Assembly (NCBI GenBank): GCA_963558405.1
Contig: CAUWGC010000009.1
Location: 1 to 64,000, forward strand
Length of the DNA: 64,000 nucleotides
Source: an uncultured Clostridia bacterium
GTDB taxonomy: Bacteria; Bacillota; Clostridia; TANB77; CAG-508
Direction: 5' to 3'
The notes beneath the pieces were generated by a model that searched no databases, had not been told where the DNA came from, and worked only from the letters and a program-made list of their open reading frames with translations. The first letter of the stretch is position 1; the number at the start of each line of letters is the position of its first letter. The translations under genes and the position numbers were made by a program. Positions 54,101-63,011 of this stretch are shown here, one piece after another.

Positions 54101-54775
54101 TCAGTTTTACTTCCTACTAAAATATCTGTAACAAAAATAAAAGAGATGGAAAATAATCAAGAGAATATAGAAATATTAGATTTAGAAGAATTAAAGGATG
54201 ATAGTTATAAAAAAAATACACATTCATATAGAGTACCAAACTTTGTAGAAGATAAAGTAGAAATAACATCAAGTCAAAGAGGAAGTTTAATACATTTATG
54301 TATTAGTAAATTAAATGAAAAACAAGATTATACAGAAAAAGAGCTTAAAGATATGATTGGGAGCATGGTAGCAAAAAAGATAATAACAGAAAAAGAAGCG
54401 GAAGCTATTTCTGTTACTAAGTTATATCAATATACATGTTCAAAATTATTTAATGAATTAAAAAAAGCAAAAGAAATACATAAAGAGCAACCATTTTATA
54501 TTAATATACCAGCAAAAGAAATTTATCAAAAAGAAATAGAAGATGTTATATTAGTACAAGGTGTAATTGATTTATATTTTATTTCTGAAAATGGAGAACT
54601 TATATTGGTGGACTATAAAACAGACTATGTAAAAAAAGGCGAGGAATACATCTTAATAAATAAATATAAAAGACAACTAGAGATATATAAAAATGCATTA
54701 GAAAAAGCTTTAAAAAGAAAAGTTGATAAAACATTTATTTATTCAATTTATCTACAAAAGGAAATTGAAATTTAA
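51152..54775 (+). CDS. addA: helicase-nuclease AddAB subunit A
   Basis: AAAGSGKT, TFTNAAA, DEYQD, VGDIKQSIYRFR, IHKSKGLEF, C-terminal QGVID...DYKTD nuclease. Confidence 0.95.
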   Translation: MKWTKEQEQAILESGANILVAAAAGSGKTAVLVERIINKIINQKVDIDSILIVTFTNAAASEMRERIVNAIYKKLETNPEDSHLQKQLILLNRASICTIHSFCLEVIRNHFYETLESANFQIGDSAEMELLKQEVMEEMFEEKYEAKDKDFILLLDTYTAYDDDTKLKELLFNIYKFIQSSPFPKETLETIIKELKIENNQMGFEQNKWGKVLLQEVEREICGYQTELKNILKKMNRFPELEKFIRVIQTDLEQFENLQKSLYSFDKAYNVSQTIDLKKWPIDRKVENPLKETAKKTRDKIRKKYDSVKEKILCCDSITANKELEEMYPILSAIQDLLIEFMERFTKAKREKNKIDFNDIEHLALNLLLKKNENGVYQKTKIAEEYTNKFTQIAIDEYQDSNLVQESILKSISNGHNLFMVGDIKQSIYRFRQARPQLFLDKYKSYVLKEEQKENEDIKIPLFKNFRSRKNVLDITNLIFESIMSEELGEIDYNTNEYLNLGADFKEPEENILYAGKAELHIVNLKETDEEETEELEEPIENTVLEAKMVAKKIKEILDSDYKVYDRRIENYRKASYKDIVILLRATSSLASVYEKELHKLEMPVFTDVNTEYITSTEVEMILNILKILDNPIQDIPLVSVLRSPIFNFSDNDLIKIRIEDRNNSFYQALQKARMTMDEKLKEKIEMFFEKLQKWQKQAEYMALDELIWMIYIDTGYYYYVGLLPNGEMRQANLKMLFERAREYQTSSFKGIFQFLNFIDKLKESSGDLGAAKLIGENEDVIRIMSIHKSKGLEFPIVFLCNSNKKFNMQDLNEEIILHEDLGIGPRYINREEQKEYSTLALEAIKVQTKRETISEEMRILYVALTRSKEKLYITGVSKDWEKEIKKKEEEIEKYEIQDKLDSNLVQKCKSYLDWIELVYLTRKKEMEELLEIHEHLKKEIVEENIKEENTISIEEILENKNVEEKQVKEIKKILEWEYPYMESVLLPTKISVTKIKEMENNQENIEILDLEELKDDSYKKNTHSYRVPNFVEDKVEITSSQRGSLIHLCISKLNEKQDYTEKELKDMIGSMVAKKIITEKEAEAISVTKLYQYTCSKLFNELKKAKEIHKEQPFYINIPAKEIYQKEIEDVILVQGVIDLYFISENGELILVDYKTDYVKKGEEYILINKYKRQLEIYKNALEKALKRKVDKTFIYSIYLQKEIEI

Positions 54776-54838
54776 GCTTAATTTATAATAAAAAGTAAAA
54801 GTTAATAACTAAAATATTTGAAAGGAATGATAAACTAA

Positions 54839-55075
54839 ATGAGATTAGACAAATTTTTAAAAGTATCCAGAGTAATAAAAAGAAGAACAGTTGCAAACGA
54901 TGCAGCAGATGCAGGAAGAGTAAAAGTAAACGGAAAACAAGTAAAACCAAGTTACGAAGTAAAATTAGGCGATGTTGTAGAAATACAATTTGGTGATAAA
55001 ATATCTAAATTTGAGATAATAAACATACCAGAAAATATTGGGAAGAATGTTGGAGATTTGATTAAGGTTTTATAA
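54839..55075 (+). CDS. S4-domain RNA-binding protein (YabO/RqcP-like)
   Basis: MRLDKFLKVSRVIKRRTVA. Confidence 0.92.
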   Translation: MRLDKFLKVSRVIKRRTVANDAADAGRVKVNGKQVKPSYEVKLGDVVEIQFGDKISKFEIINIPENIGKNVGDLIKVL

Positions 55076-55086
55076 GGAGATAAAAT

Positions 55087-58000
55087 ATGTTAAATGGAAA
55101 GTTTGTACATTTACATGTACATAGTGAGTTTAGTTTATTGGATGGAGCAAACCGTATTAAGGATTTACCTGTTAGGGCAAAGGAACTTGGCATGGATGCT
55201 ATGGCTATTACTGATCATGGTGTTATGTATGGTGTTATTGATTTTTATAAAGCTTGTAAAAAAGAGGGGATAAAACCTATTATAGGTTGCGAGGTTTATG
55301 TTACTAATCGTAGCAGATTTGATAAAGAACCAAATATAGATAATAAATATAATCACTTAATACTACTTGCTAAGGATAACCAAGGTTACAAAAATTTAAG
55401 TAAATTAGTTTCCATTGGGTTTGTTGAAGGATATTATTATAAGCCACGTATTGACTTAGAGGTGTTAGAAAAATATCATGAAGGTTTAATTTGTCAAAGT
55501 GCTTGTTTGGCAGGTAGTGTTAGTCAAGCAATTTTGGCAGGTGATATGGAAAAGGCAGAAGAAACTGCTTTGTGGTATAAAAATTTATTTGGTGATGATT
55601 ATTATTTAGAAATTCAAAATAATGGTGTAAAAGAGCAAGTAATGGTAAATCAAAAGTTAATAGAGCTAAGTAGAAAGTTAGATATACCATTAGTAGCAAC
55701 AAATGATGCTCACTATCTAAAAAAGGAAGATGCATATAATCATGAAGTTTTGCTTTGCATACAAACTGGTAAAAAGATGAATGATGTTGATCGTATGCGT
55801 TTTGAAAGTGATGAGTTATACGTAAAATCTCCAGAAGAAATGATAGAATATTTTAAAGCTTTTCCAGATGCAATAGAAAATACAGTTAAAATTGCAGAAA
55901 AATGTAATGTTGAGTTTGAATTTGGTCATACAATACTTCCAAATTATGATGTACCAAAAGAATATCCTACACATTATGATTATCTAAAAAAGCTTTGCCA
56001 AGATGGAATGAAACAAAGATATGGTGAAAATCTTTCTAAAGAACTTATGGAAAGAGCAGAATACGAACTTAGTGTTATTCAAAAAATGGGATATGTGGAT
56101 TACTTTTTAATAGTATGGGATTTTATTCATTATGCAAAATCAAATGGAATACCAGTAGGACCGGGACGTGGTTCTGGTGCTGGTTCTATGCTTGCATATG
56201 CAATAGGAATAACAGATATTGACCCAATAAAATATGGACTTATTTTTGAACGTTTTTTAAATCCAGAAAGAGTAAGTATGCCAGATTTTGACGTAGACTT
56301 TTGCTACGAAAGAAGAGGCGAGGTTATTGACTATGTATCTAGAAAATATGGTGCAGACCATGTATCACAGATAATTACTTTTGGTACAATGTCTGCAAGA
56401 ATGGTAATAAGAGATGTTGCACGTGCATTAGATGTACCTTATGGTGAAGCAGATAAACTTGCAAAAATGATTCCAAACGAATTACACATAACAATAAAAA
56501 AGGCATTAGAAGAAAATAGAGAATTAAGAGAATTATATGAATCAAATGAAGAAACAAAAAGACTTCTAGATATATCTATGGCATTAGAGGGGCTTCCAAG
56601 ACAAGCTTCTACACATGCTTGTGGAATAGTTATTACAAAAGACCCTGTAGATACATATGTACCGCTTTATGTAAGAGATGGACAAATTTCTACACAATTT
56701 ATTATGACAACATTGGAAGAATTAGGCCTTTTGAAAATGGACTTTTTGGGATTAAGAACATTAACAGTTATAGAAGACTGTAAAAAGCTTGTTAAATATA
56801 GTAGAGGAATAGATGTAAAATTTGACGAAAAAATGAATGACCCCAAAGTATATAAAATGTGGCAAGATGGTAAATCTATTGGTATTTTTCAATTTGAAAG
56901 TCAAGGTATGACAAATTTTATGAAAGAGCTAAAGCCAGACTGCTTAGAAGATATTATTGCAGGTGTTTCTTTATATCGTCCAGGACCAATGGACCAAATA
57001 CCTAGATATATAAAAAATAAACAAGACCCAGAACATAGTACGTATACACATCCAAGTTTAGAGCCTATTTTAAATGTTACATATGGATGTATGGTATATC
57101 AAGAACAAGTAATGCAAATTGTAAGAGATTTAGCAGGTTATTCTTTAGGTCGTGCAGACTTAGTAAGAAGAGCTATGGGTAAGAAAAAGCTAGATGTAAT
57201 GGCAAAGGAAAGAGAATATTTTATTCATGGAAAAGTAGATGAGAATGGTAATGTAGAAATACCAGGATGTATACGTAATGGTATAGATGAAGTTTCTGCT
57301 AATAAGATTTTTGATGAAATGGCAGAATTTGCAAAATATGCTTTTAATAAATCACATGCAGCATGTTATGCAGTTATTGCTTATCGTACAGCATATTTAA
57401 AAACATATTATCCACAAGAATTTATGGCAGCTATGCTAAATAGTTTTTTAGGAAACTTAGATAAAGTGCCACTTTACATTGATGAATGTAAAAAGATGGG
57501 AATAGAAATATTAAAACCTGATATAAATAAAAGTTATACAAAATTTACAGTAGATAATGCAAAGATTCGTTTTGGACTTGGAAGCATAAAAAATGTAGGA
57601 ATTGCTGCTGTTGATAGTATTGTAAAAGAAAGAAAAGAAAACGGAGAATATAAGGATTTTCCTACATTTTGTGAAAGAATACAAGGAGAAGCGGTAAATA
57701 AAAAATGTATAGAAAGCTTAATAAAATCTGGAGCATTTGATGAATTTAAAGAAACCAGAGCAACACTTCTTGCCTCATTTGAAAATATAATAGATATGAT
57801 TCAAGGAAGTATAAAAAAAGGTTTAGAAGGTCAAGTTAGTATGTTTGATTTAGGAAGTGAAGAGGATAAAAAAGAATTAGCCGAAATCAAATATACATTA
57901 ACTCACAAAGAAGAATTTTCACAAAAAGAATTATTATTTATGGAAAAAGAAATGCTTGGATTATATATAACTGGACATCCATTAGAAAATATTAGACAAG

Positions 58001-58578
58001 AAATAGAAAAACAATGTACTATAAATTCTTTAAAAATGCATCAAATAAATGAACAATCAGAAAATGTAGAAGAACAGGAAGCTCAAGAGTACCATGATGG
58101 ACAGATTGTAAAATATGCTGGTATTATTACTTCTGTAAAGAAAAAATACACAAAAAATAATAAGATAATGGCATTTATTACAGTAGAAGATTTATATGGA
58201 CAAGTAGAAGTAATTGTATTTGAAAATGCATATTTAACTGCAAGTGAGATATTAGTAAACGACAGTACAATATTAATAGAGGGAAGACTAAGTATTAGAG
58301 AAGATGAAGAAACTAAAATTGTAGCAAACAAAATTACAAGCTTTTCTAGTAAAAAACAAAAAACTTTAAGAATAGATATAACTAAATTAAATGAAGAGCA
58401 AAAAGAAAGACTAAGAGGTGCTATAAAGTATTTTGGGGGAGACATTAATAATATGCCAATTCAAGTAATTGAAAATGGTGAAATTAAACCTTGCGGAGCA
58501 ATATATACAACATCAGAGATAATAGGACAGTTTAAAGAAATTGCTGGAGAAGATAACGTAAATATAATAGAAGAATAA
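55087..58578 (+). CDS. dnaE: DNA polymerase III alpha subunit
   Basis: HLHVHSEFSLLDG PHP domain, GRGSGAGS, PDFDVD, YAFNKSH. Confidence 0.98.
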   Translation: MLNGKFVHLHVHSEFSLLDGANRIKDLPVRAKELGMDAMAITDHGVMYGVIDFYKACKKEGIKPIIGCEVYVTNRSRFDKEPNIDNKYNHLILLAKDNQGYKNLSKLVSIGFVEGYYYKPRIDLEVLEKYHEGLICQSACLAGSVSQAILAGDMEKAEETALWYKNLFGDDYYLEIQNNGVKEQVMVNQKLIELSRKLDIPLVATNDAHYLKKEDAYNHEVLLCIQTGKKMNDVDRMRFESDELYVKSPEEMIEYFKAFPDAIENTVKIAEKCNVEFEFGHTILPNYDVPKEYPTHYDYLKKLCQDGMKQRYGENLSKELMERAEYELSVIQKMGYVDYFLIVWDFIHYAKSNGIPVGPGRGSGAGSMLAYAIGITDIDPIKYGLIFERFLNPERVSMPDFDVDFCYERRGEVIDYVSRKYGADHVSQIITFGTMSARMVIRDVARALDVPYGEADKLAKMIPNELHITIKKALEENRELRELYESNEETKRLLDISMALEGLPRQASTHACGIVITKDPVDTYVPLYVRDGQISTQFIMTTLEELGLLKMDFLGLRTLTVIEDCKKLVKYSRGIDVKFDEKMNDPKVYKMWQDGKSIGIFQFESQGMTNFMKELKPDCLEDIIAGVSLYRPGPMDQIPRYIKNKQDPEHSTYTHPSLEPILNVTYGCMVYQEQVMQIVRDLAGYSLGRADLVRRAMGKKKLDVMAKEREYFIHGKVDENGNVEIPGCIRNGIDEVSANKIFDEMAEFAKYAFNKSHAACYAVIAYRTAYLKTYYPQEFMAAMLNSFLGNLDKVPLYIDECKKMGIEILKPDINKSYTKFTVDNAKIRFGLGSIKNVGIAAVDSIVKERKENGEYKDFPTFCERIQGEAVNKKCIESLIKSGAFDEFKETRATLLASFENIIDMIQGSIKKGLEGQVSMFDLGSEEDKKELAEIKYTLTHKEEFSQKELLFMEKEMLGLYITGHPLENIRQEIEKQCTINSLKMHQINEQSENVEEQEAQEYHDGQIVKYAGIITSVKKKYTKNNKIMAFITVEDLYGQVEVIVFENAYLTASEILVNDSTILIEGRLSIREDEETKIVANKITSFSSKKQKTLRIDITKLNEEQKERLRGAIKYFGGDINNMPIQVIENGEIKPCGAIYTTSEIIGQFKEIAGEDNVNIIEE

Positions 58579-58584
58579 TTTTTT

Positions 58585-58658
58585 TGGAGGCGCCACCCAG
58601 ATTTGAACTGGGGATCAGAGTTTTGCAGACTCGTGCCTTACCACTTGGCTATAGCGCC
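58585..58658 (-). tRNA. tRNA-Cys(GCA)
   Basis: GGCGCTATAGCCAAGTGGTAAGGCACGAGTCTGCAAAACTCTGATCCCCAGTTCAAATCTGGGTGGCGCCTCCA. Confidence 0.96.
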
Positions 58659-58725
58659 TTATCTAATATATTATAATATATGATTAAATATAAAAAAAAT
58701 TACAAAAATAATAAATTTTTTATAA

Positions 58726-58759
58726 TGAAAAATAGCGTGGAAAACCACGCTATTTTCAT
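58726..58759 (-). terminator. terminator of the 58765-59031 gene
   Basis: AAAATAGCGTGG-aaaa-CCACGCTATTTT. Confidence 0.8.
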
Positions 58760-58764
58760 GAGAA

Positions 58765-59031
58765 CTATTCAACTGGATTTTTTAATGCTTCGTCTTCAAG
58801 AATTTCAACAACCTCAGTTTCTGGAATATTTTCAAATTCCATGCCGATAAATATGTGATCTTCATATTTTAATTTGCAGTACTGTTTAAAATTATTTTTA
58901 TATTTTTTCAGCACATTTAAGATATTATTCAGTCCGCTGAGTGTAGAAAGATCTTTGATGTCTGCAATGCATAAATTTCCTTCATCTGAATACTGGTATG
59001 CAAATCTGCCGATAGTTTTAAGTTCTCTCAT
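58765..59031 (-). CDS. hypothetical protein (88 aa)
   Basis: AGGAGG RBS before ATG 59031; own TTGACT/TATAAT promoter and terminator. Confidence 0.65.
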   Translation of the reverse strand: MRELKTIGRFAYQYSDEGNLCIADIKDLSTLSGLNNILNVLKKYKNNFKQYCKLKYEDHIFIGMEFENIPETEVVEILEDEALKNPVE

Positions 59032-59236
59032 AGTAATCCTCCTGTCAATTGACGATGTTGATAAATAAAATTTTCTTCTAAAAGAAGATATAATTATTAT
59101 ATCAAATATTACTATAAAAGTCAAAAAAGTAATTGATTATGTAAAATAAAAATAATATAAAAAAATATTTGCTTTTTTATTAGAAGTATGCTACAATAAA
59201 TAACGTCTAAATAAAACGTGAAAAGAGGGTTACTAA

Positions 59237-59485
59237 ATGGAAATACTAAAATATATATTAATAGGAATTTATTTTATTGTTTGTTTCGCACTTATTATAG
59301 TTGCTACAATGCAATCAAAGGATGATGCAGGATTATCTAGTACAATAACAGGTTCTAGCTCAAATAATTTTTTAGATAAAAATAAAGGTAGAACAAAAAC
59401 TGGAAAGCTAAAAAGATGGACAATTATATTAGGAGTAATATTTGCTATATTATCAGTTGTATTAGGAATTATATATATAGTATAA
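59237..59485 (+). CDS. secG: preprotein translocase subunit SecG
   Basis: Two TM helices with MQSKDDAGLSSTITG loop; upstream of rnr. Confidence 0.9.
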   Translation: MEILKYILIGIYFIVCFALIIVATMQSKDDAGLSSTITGSSSNNFLDKNKGRTKTGKLKRWTIILGVIFAILSVVLGIIYIV

Positions 59486-59539
59486 AAAGTAATAAGGGGA
59501 ACAGAAATTAAGCTGTTCTCTTTTTGTTTTTAAGGAGAA

Positions 59540-61492
59540 ATGATGAAAAATAAAAAAATATATTTAGAAGGAACCTTTTTTAGAAATGAGAAAGGTTATG
59601 GATTTGTAAAATTAGCACATGAAAGCAAAAAAGATATTTTTATTGCAGAAAAAGACACAAAAGGTGCATTTAATAATGATGTTGTTGCTATTGAAATTAT
59701 AAAAACAGAAGAAAATGGAAAGAGTGCAGAAGGAAAAATAGTAAAAATAATTAAACATGAAAAAGATACATTAGTAGGCACATTCCAAAAAAATAAAAAT
59801 TTTGGATTTGTAGTACCAGATGATAAAAAATTTGGAACTGATATTTTTATTTCTAAAAAACAATTTGGAAATGCAAAAAATAAACAAAAAGTGGTAGTTG
59901 AAATAACAAAATATCCAGAGAAAGGTAAAAAAGCAGAAGGAAAAATTATTGAAATATTAGGCTTTGAAAATGAAGCTTTTGTAGATATGCTATCTTTGGT
60001 AAAAGACTATCGTTTGCCATACGAATTTCCAGAAAAAGTTATGGAAGAAGCAAGAGCCATTAATCCACTAATAGATAAAAAAGATATGCCACACCGTAAA
60101 GATTTTAGAAAAGAAAAGATTTATACAATAGATGGAGAAGATGCAAAAGATTTAGATGATGCAGTACAAGTAACAAAAACTAAAGAAGGAAATTACATTT
60201 TAGGAGTTCATATTGCGGATGTAAGCTACTATGTAAAGGAAGGTAGTAATTTAGATAAAGAAGCTTTTTTAAGAGGGACAAGTATATATATGTTATCACA
60301 AGTAATTCCAATGCTTCCTAAAGAATTATCCAATGGTATATGTAGTTTAAATCCAAAAGAAGACAGATTTACACTATCTTGTATTATGGAAATAACACCT
60401 AAAGGAAAAGTTATTTCATCAGATGTAACTAAAGGAATTATTCGTGTAAAAGAAAGAATGAGCTATAATGAAGTTACTAAAATTTTGGAAAAAACAGATA
60501 AAAAAGTGTTAGAAAAATACAAAGAAGATATTCCAGAATTTGAAAAAATGGCTGAATTAGCAAATATTTTAAAAAGAAGAAGAGAAGAAGATGGCAGTTT
60601 GGACTTAAATATAGCAGAGAGTAAAATTATATTAGATGAAGTAGGAAAACCAATAAAAATAGAAAAGGAAAAATTAAGTATATCAAATAGTATTATTGAA
60701 CAGTTTATGCTAACTGCAAATGAAACAATAGCAGAAAAATTTTATTGGTTAGAAGCTCCTTTTATTTATCGTGTACATGAAGTTCCAGACAAAGAAAAGA
60801 TAGACGAATTAAATAAATTTTTATTTAATTTTGGATATAAAATTAAAAAAAGTGGTGATACAGTGTATCCAAGTGCATTTTCTGAAGTTTTAGAAAATGC
60901 TAAAGGAACAGAAGAGGAAAGAGTTGTATCAAATCTTATCTTAAGAACATTAAAAGTTGCAAGATATGAAAGTGAGAACAAAGGTCATTTTGGAATAGCA
61001 AGTAAATATTATTGTCATTTTACTTCTCCTATAAGAAGATATCCAGATTTATTTATTCACCGTATAATTTCTTTTTATTTAGAACATAATTATGAAATAA
61101 ATGAAAAATGGAAAGAAGAATATTTTTTAAAAGCAGAAAAAGCAGCAGAGAATTCTTCTGAAAGAGAAAAAATTGCTCAAACAGTAGAACGAGACAGTGA
61201 GGAAATGAAAAAAGCAGAATATATGGAAAACAAAATTGGAGAAGAATACAATGGTATAATATCTGGTATTACATCTTTTGGTGTATTTGTAGAATTGGAT
61301 AATACAGTAGAAGGAATGATTAGATTTGAGAATTTAGGAAAAGAGTATTTTATATATAACGAAGAAAGAAAAAATTTGGTTGGAGAGAATAGCAAAAAAA
61401 TATATAAAATAGGAAATAAAGTAAAAGTAAGAGTAATTGCAGCAGAAAAAGCATCTAGAAGAATAAGATTTGAATTAATAGAAGATAATTAG
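59540..61492 (+). CDS. rnr: ribonuclease R
   Basis: Cold-shock domains, TIDGEDAKDLDDA, HFTSPIRRYPDL, S1 domain. Confidence 0.96.
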   Translation: MMKNKKIYLEGTFFRNEKGYGFVKLAHESKKDIFIAEKDTKGAFNNDVVAIEIIKTEENGKSAEGKIVKIIKHEKDTLVGTFQKNKNFGFVVPDDKKFGTDIFISKKQFGNAKNKQKVVVEITKYPEKGKKAEGKIIEILGFENEAFVDMLSLVKDYRLPYEFPEKVMEEARAINPLIDKKDMPHRKDFRKEKIYTIDGEDAKDLDDAVQVTKTKEGNYILGVHIADVSYYVKEGSNLDKEAFLRGTSIYMLSQVIPMLPKELSNGICSLNPKEDRFTLSCIMEITPKGKVISSDVTKGIIRVKERMSYNEVTKILEKTDKKVLEKYKEDIPEFEKMAELANILKRRREEDGSLDLNIAESKIILDEVGKPIKIEKEKLSISNSIIEQFMLTANETIAEKFYWLEAPFIYRVHEVPDKEKIDELNKFLFNFGYKIKKSGDTVYPSAFSEVLENAKGTEEERVVSNLILRTLKVARYESENKGHFGIASKYYCHFTSPIRRYPDLFIHRIISFYLEHNYEINEKWKEEYFLKAEKAAENSSEREKIAQTVERDSEEMKKAEYMENKIGEEYNGIISGITSFGVFVELDNTVEGMIRFENLGKEYFIYNEERKNLVGENSKKIYKIGNKVKVRVIAAEKASRRIRFELIEDN

Positions 61493-61508
61493 TAAAAAAC
61501 AAATTATA

Positions 61509-61550
61509 AAAAAGAATATAAGATTTTATTATAATACTTATATTCTTTTT
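61509..61550. terminator. bidirectional terminator between rnr and the ger operon
   Basis: AAAAAGAATATAAG...CTTATATTCTTTTT. Confidence 0.8.
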
Positions 61551-61592
61551 GTGTGTGCATGAGTGTATTTATACAACAAGGTTAGGTTTATT

Positions 61593-61757
61593 TTATCTAA
61601 ATTGAATTATAATACTTGGAACTATAAGACATATAAAAGAAAGGAAAACAATAAAAATTCCTACTTTTTTTTTAGGATTTTTTTTAATTTCAAATAATCC
61701 ATAAAAGAAAGTTTCTATAAATACAAAAATGCTAATAAAAAATATAACTAATCGCAT
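61593..61757 (-). CDS. small two-TM protein (54 aa), candidate germinant receptor D subunit, absent from ORF track
   Basis: GAAAGGA RBS; MRLVIFFISIFVFIETFFYGLFEIKKNPKKKVGIFIVFLSFICLIVPSIIIQFR; directly after Ger(x)C. Confidence 0.65.
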   Translation of the reverse strand: MRLVIFFISIFVFIETFFYGLFEIKKNPKKKVGIFIVFLSFICLIVPSIIIQFR

Positions 61758-61772
61758 AATTTATCATCCTTT

Positions 61773-63011
61773 CTATGATTCCATTAATAAATATCCAGAT
61801 TTTACATTTGTTTTTACATCAACATTAAAAAAGCTATTTTGATAATTTAAGAGCCAATTATAATCTATCCAGTTATCCCATGTTAAAAAATGGTGTACAG
61901 CATATTTGCCAAATCCAACTGTATCAGATTTTAAATCTTTTGAAGTTTTATATAAGAATGAATAAATCTTTTCTTTTAAATAATTGTTAGCATATAATTC
62001 TATTTTTTTTATGCTATCCTTATCCAAATTTTCAGAGTTTTTGTCCATAGATAAAATTCTAGCAGCTAATACTACTTTACATTCTATATATGGTGAATTG
62101 TTTACAAATTTTACAGTATTTTTAGTCCTTCTATTTAAAGATATATTTAAATCTATAGTTTTATTATCTTCAAAAGGACTAGGAATAGTTATGGTAGCAG
62201 ATTTTAGTTTGTTTTGCAAAAGTAATTGACATAGGGTTTCCATACCTGTTAGTTCACCTACCATTTTATCATCACGAAAAACTGCTAATCCCATATTTTC
62301 AATATTAGAATCACTATCTATAGGTGTTTCACCAGCAGTGTAATTTGTATCTTCATTTTGACTAGTTAAGGTATCATTTGATTTTAAATTTTGAGTTTCT
62401 TTAGTGTTTAAAGAACCTAAAATAGCAGATGCTTCTTTAAAAGTATCAGTGTAAGATGTAAAAAAATCTCCCAAAGTAATATTATCGGTATATGCTGTAT
62501 ATTCGCTAGAATTAGGAGAAATTTCGTAATACTTGGCAGACATTTTTTCTAATACAGGCTTAGAATTTTCTAAAAAAGAAGTAGCATCGTCTTTACAAAT
62601 TATAATTTTTGATTCTGATTGTACTTGGATATTATTAATTAATGTGTATATATATTCAGAAATTCCTAATTTAGCCAATTTTTCAGAAAAAACTACTACT
62701 TTACAATGGCTTAAATCTATTTGTTTACTGATGTAGCTATTGAATAAAGCAATTCCAGATTCAACACTAGAACATTCTACAGAATTTACAATAGAATCAG
62801 AAGATTGTTCAGAACCAGAAGAACCAGAGTCACTAGGAATAGCAATTTGCAAACTTAGTTTTAAATTATTGTTTTCTCCAACATCTAATCCTAAGGCAAC
62901 TGCATAAGCTAAATTATCTATATTTCTAGAGTTATATGCTCCTATAAATGAAAGGGAAGAAACAAGGATAATGAAAAAAATTACTATAATTTTTCTAAGA
63001 GAGTTTTTCAT
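61773..63011 (-). CDS. Ger(x)C family spore germination protein
   Basis: IDNLAYAVALGLD, IDLSHCKVVVFSEKLAK, GLAVFRDDKMVG, SDTVGFG. Confidence 0.9.
   Translation of the reverse strand: MKNSLRKIIVIFFIILVSSLSFIGAYNSRNIDNLAYAVALGLDVGENNNLKLSLQIAIPSDSGSSGSEQSSDSIVNSVECSSVESGIALFNSYISKQIDLSHCKVVVFSEKLAKLGISEYIYTLINNIQVQSESKIIICKDDATSFLENSKPVLEKMSAKYYEISPNSSEYTAYTDNITLGDFFTSYTDTFKEASAILGSLNTKETQNLKSNDTLTSQNEDTNYTAGETPIDSDSNIENMGLAVFRDDKMVGELTGMETLCQLLLQNKLKSATITIPSPFEDNKTIDLNISLNRRTKNTVKFVNNSPYIECKVVLAARILSMDKNSENLDKDSIKKIELYANNYLKEKIYSFLYKTSKDLKSDTVGFGKYAVHHFLTWDNWIDYNWLLNYQNSFFNVDVKTNVKSGYLLMES

Noticed and set aside
55087-55800. Slightly more T-ending codons at the dnaE 5' end (possible recombinant patch)
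   Set aside because: Impression only; cannot be quantified here, and the protein is normal.
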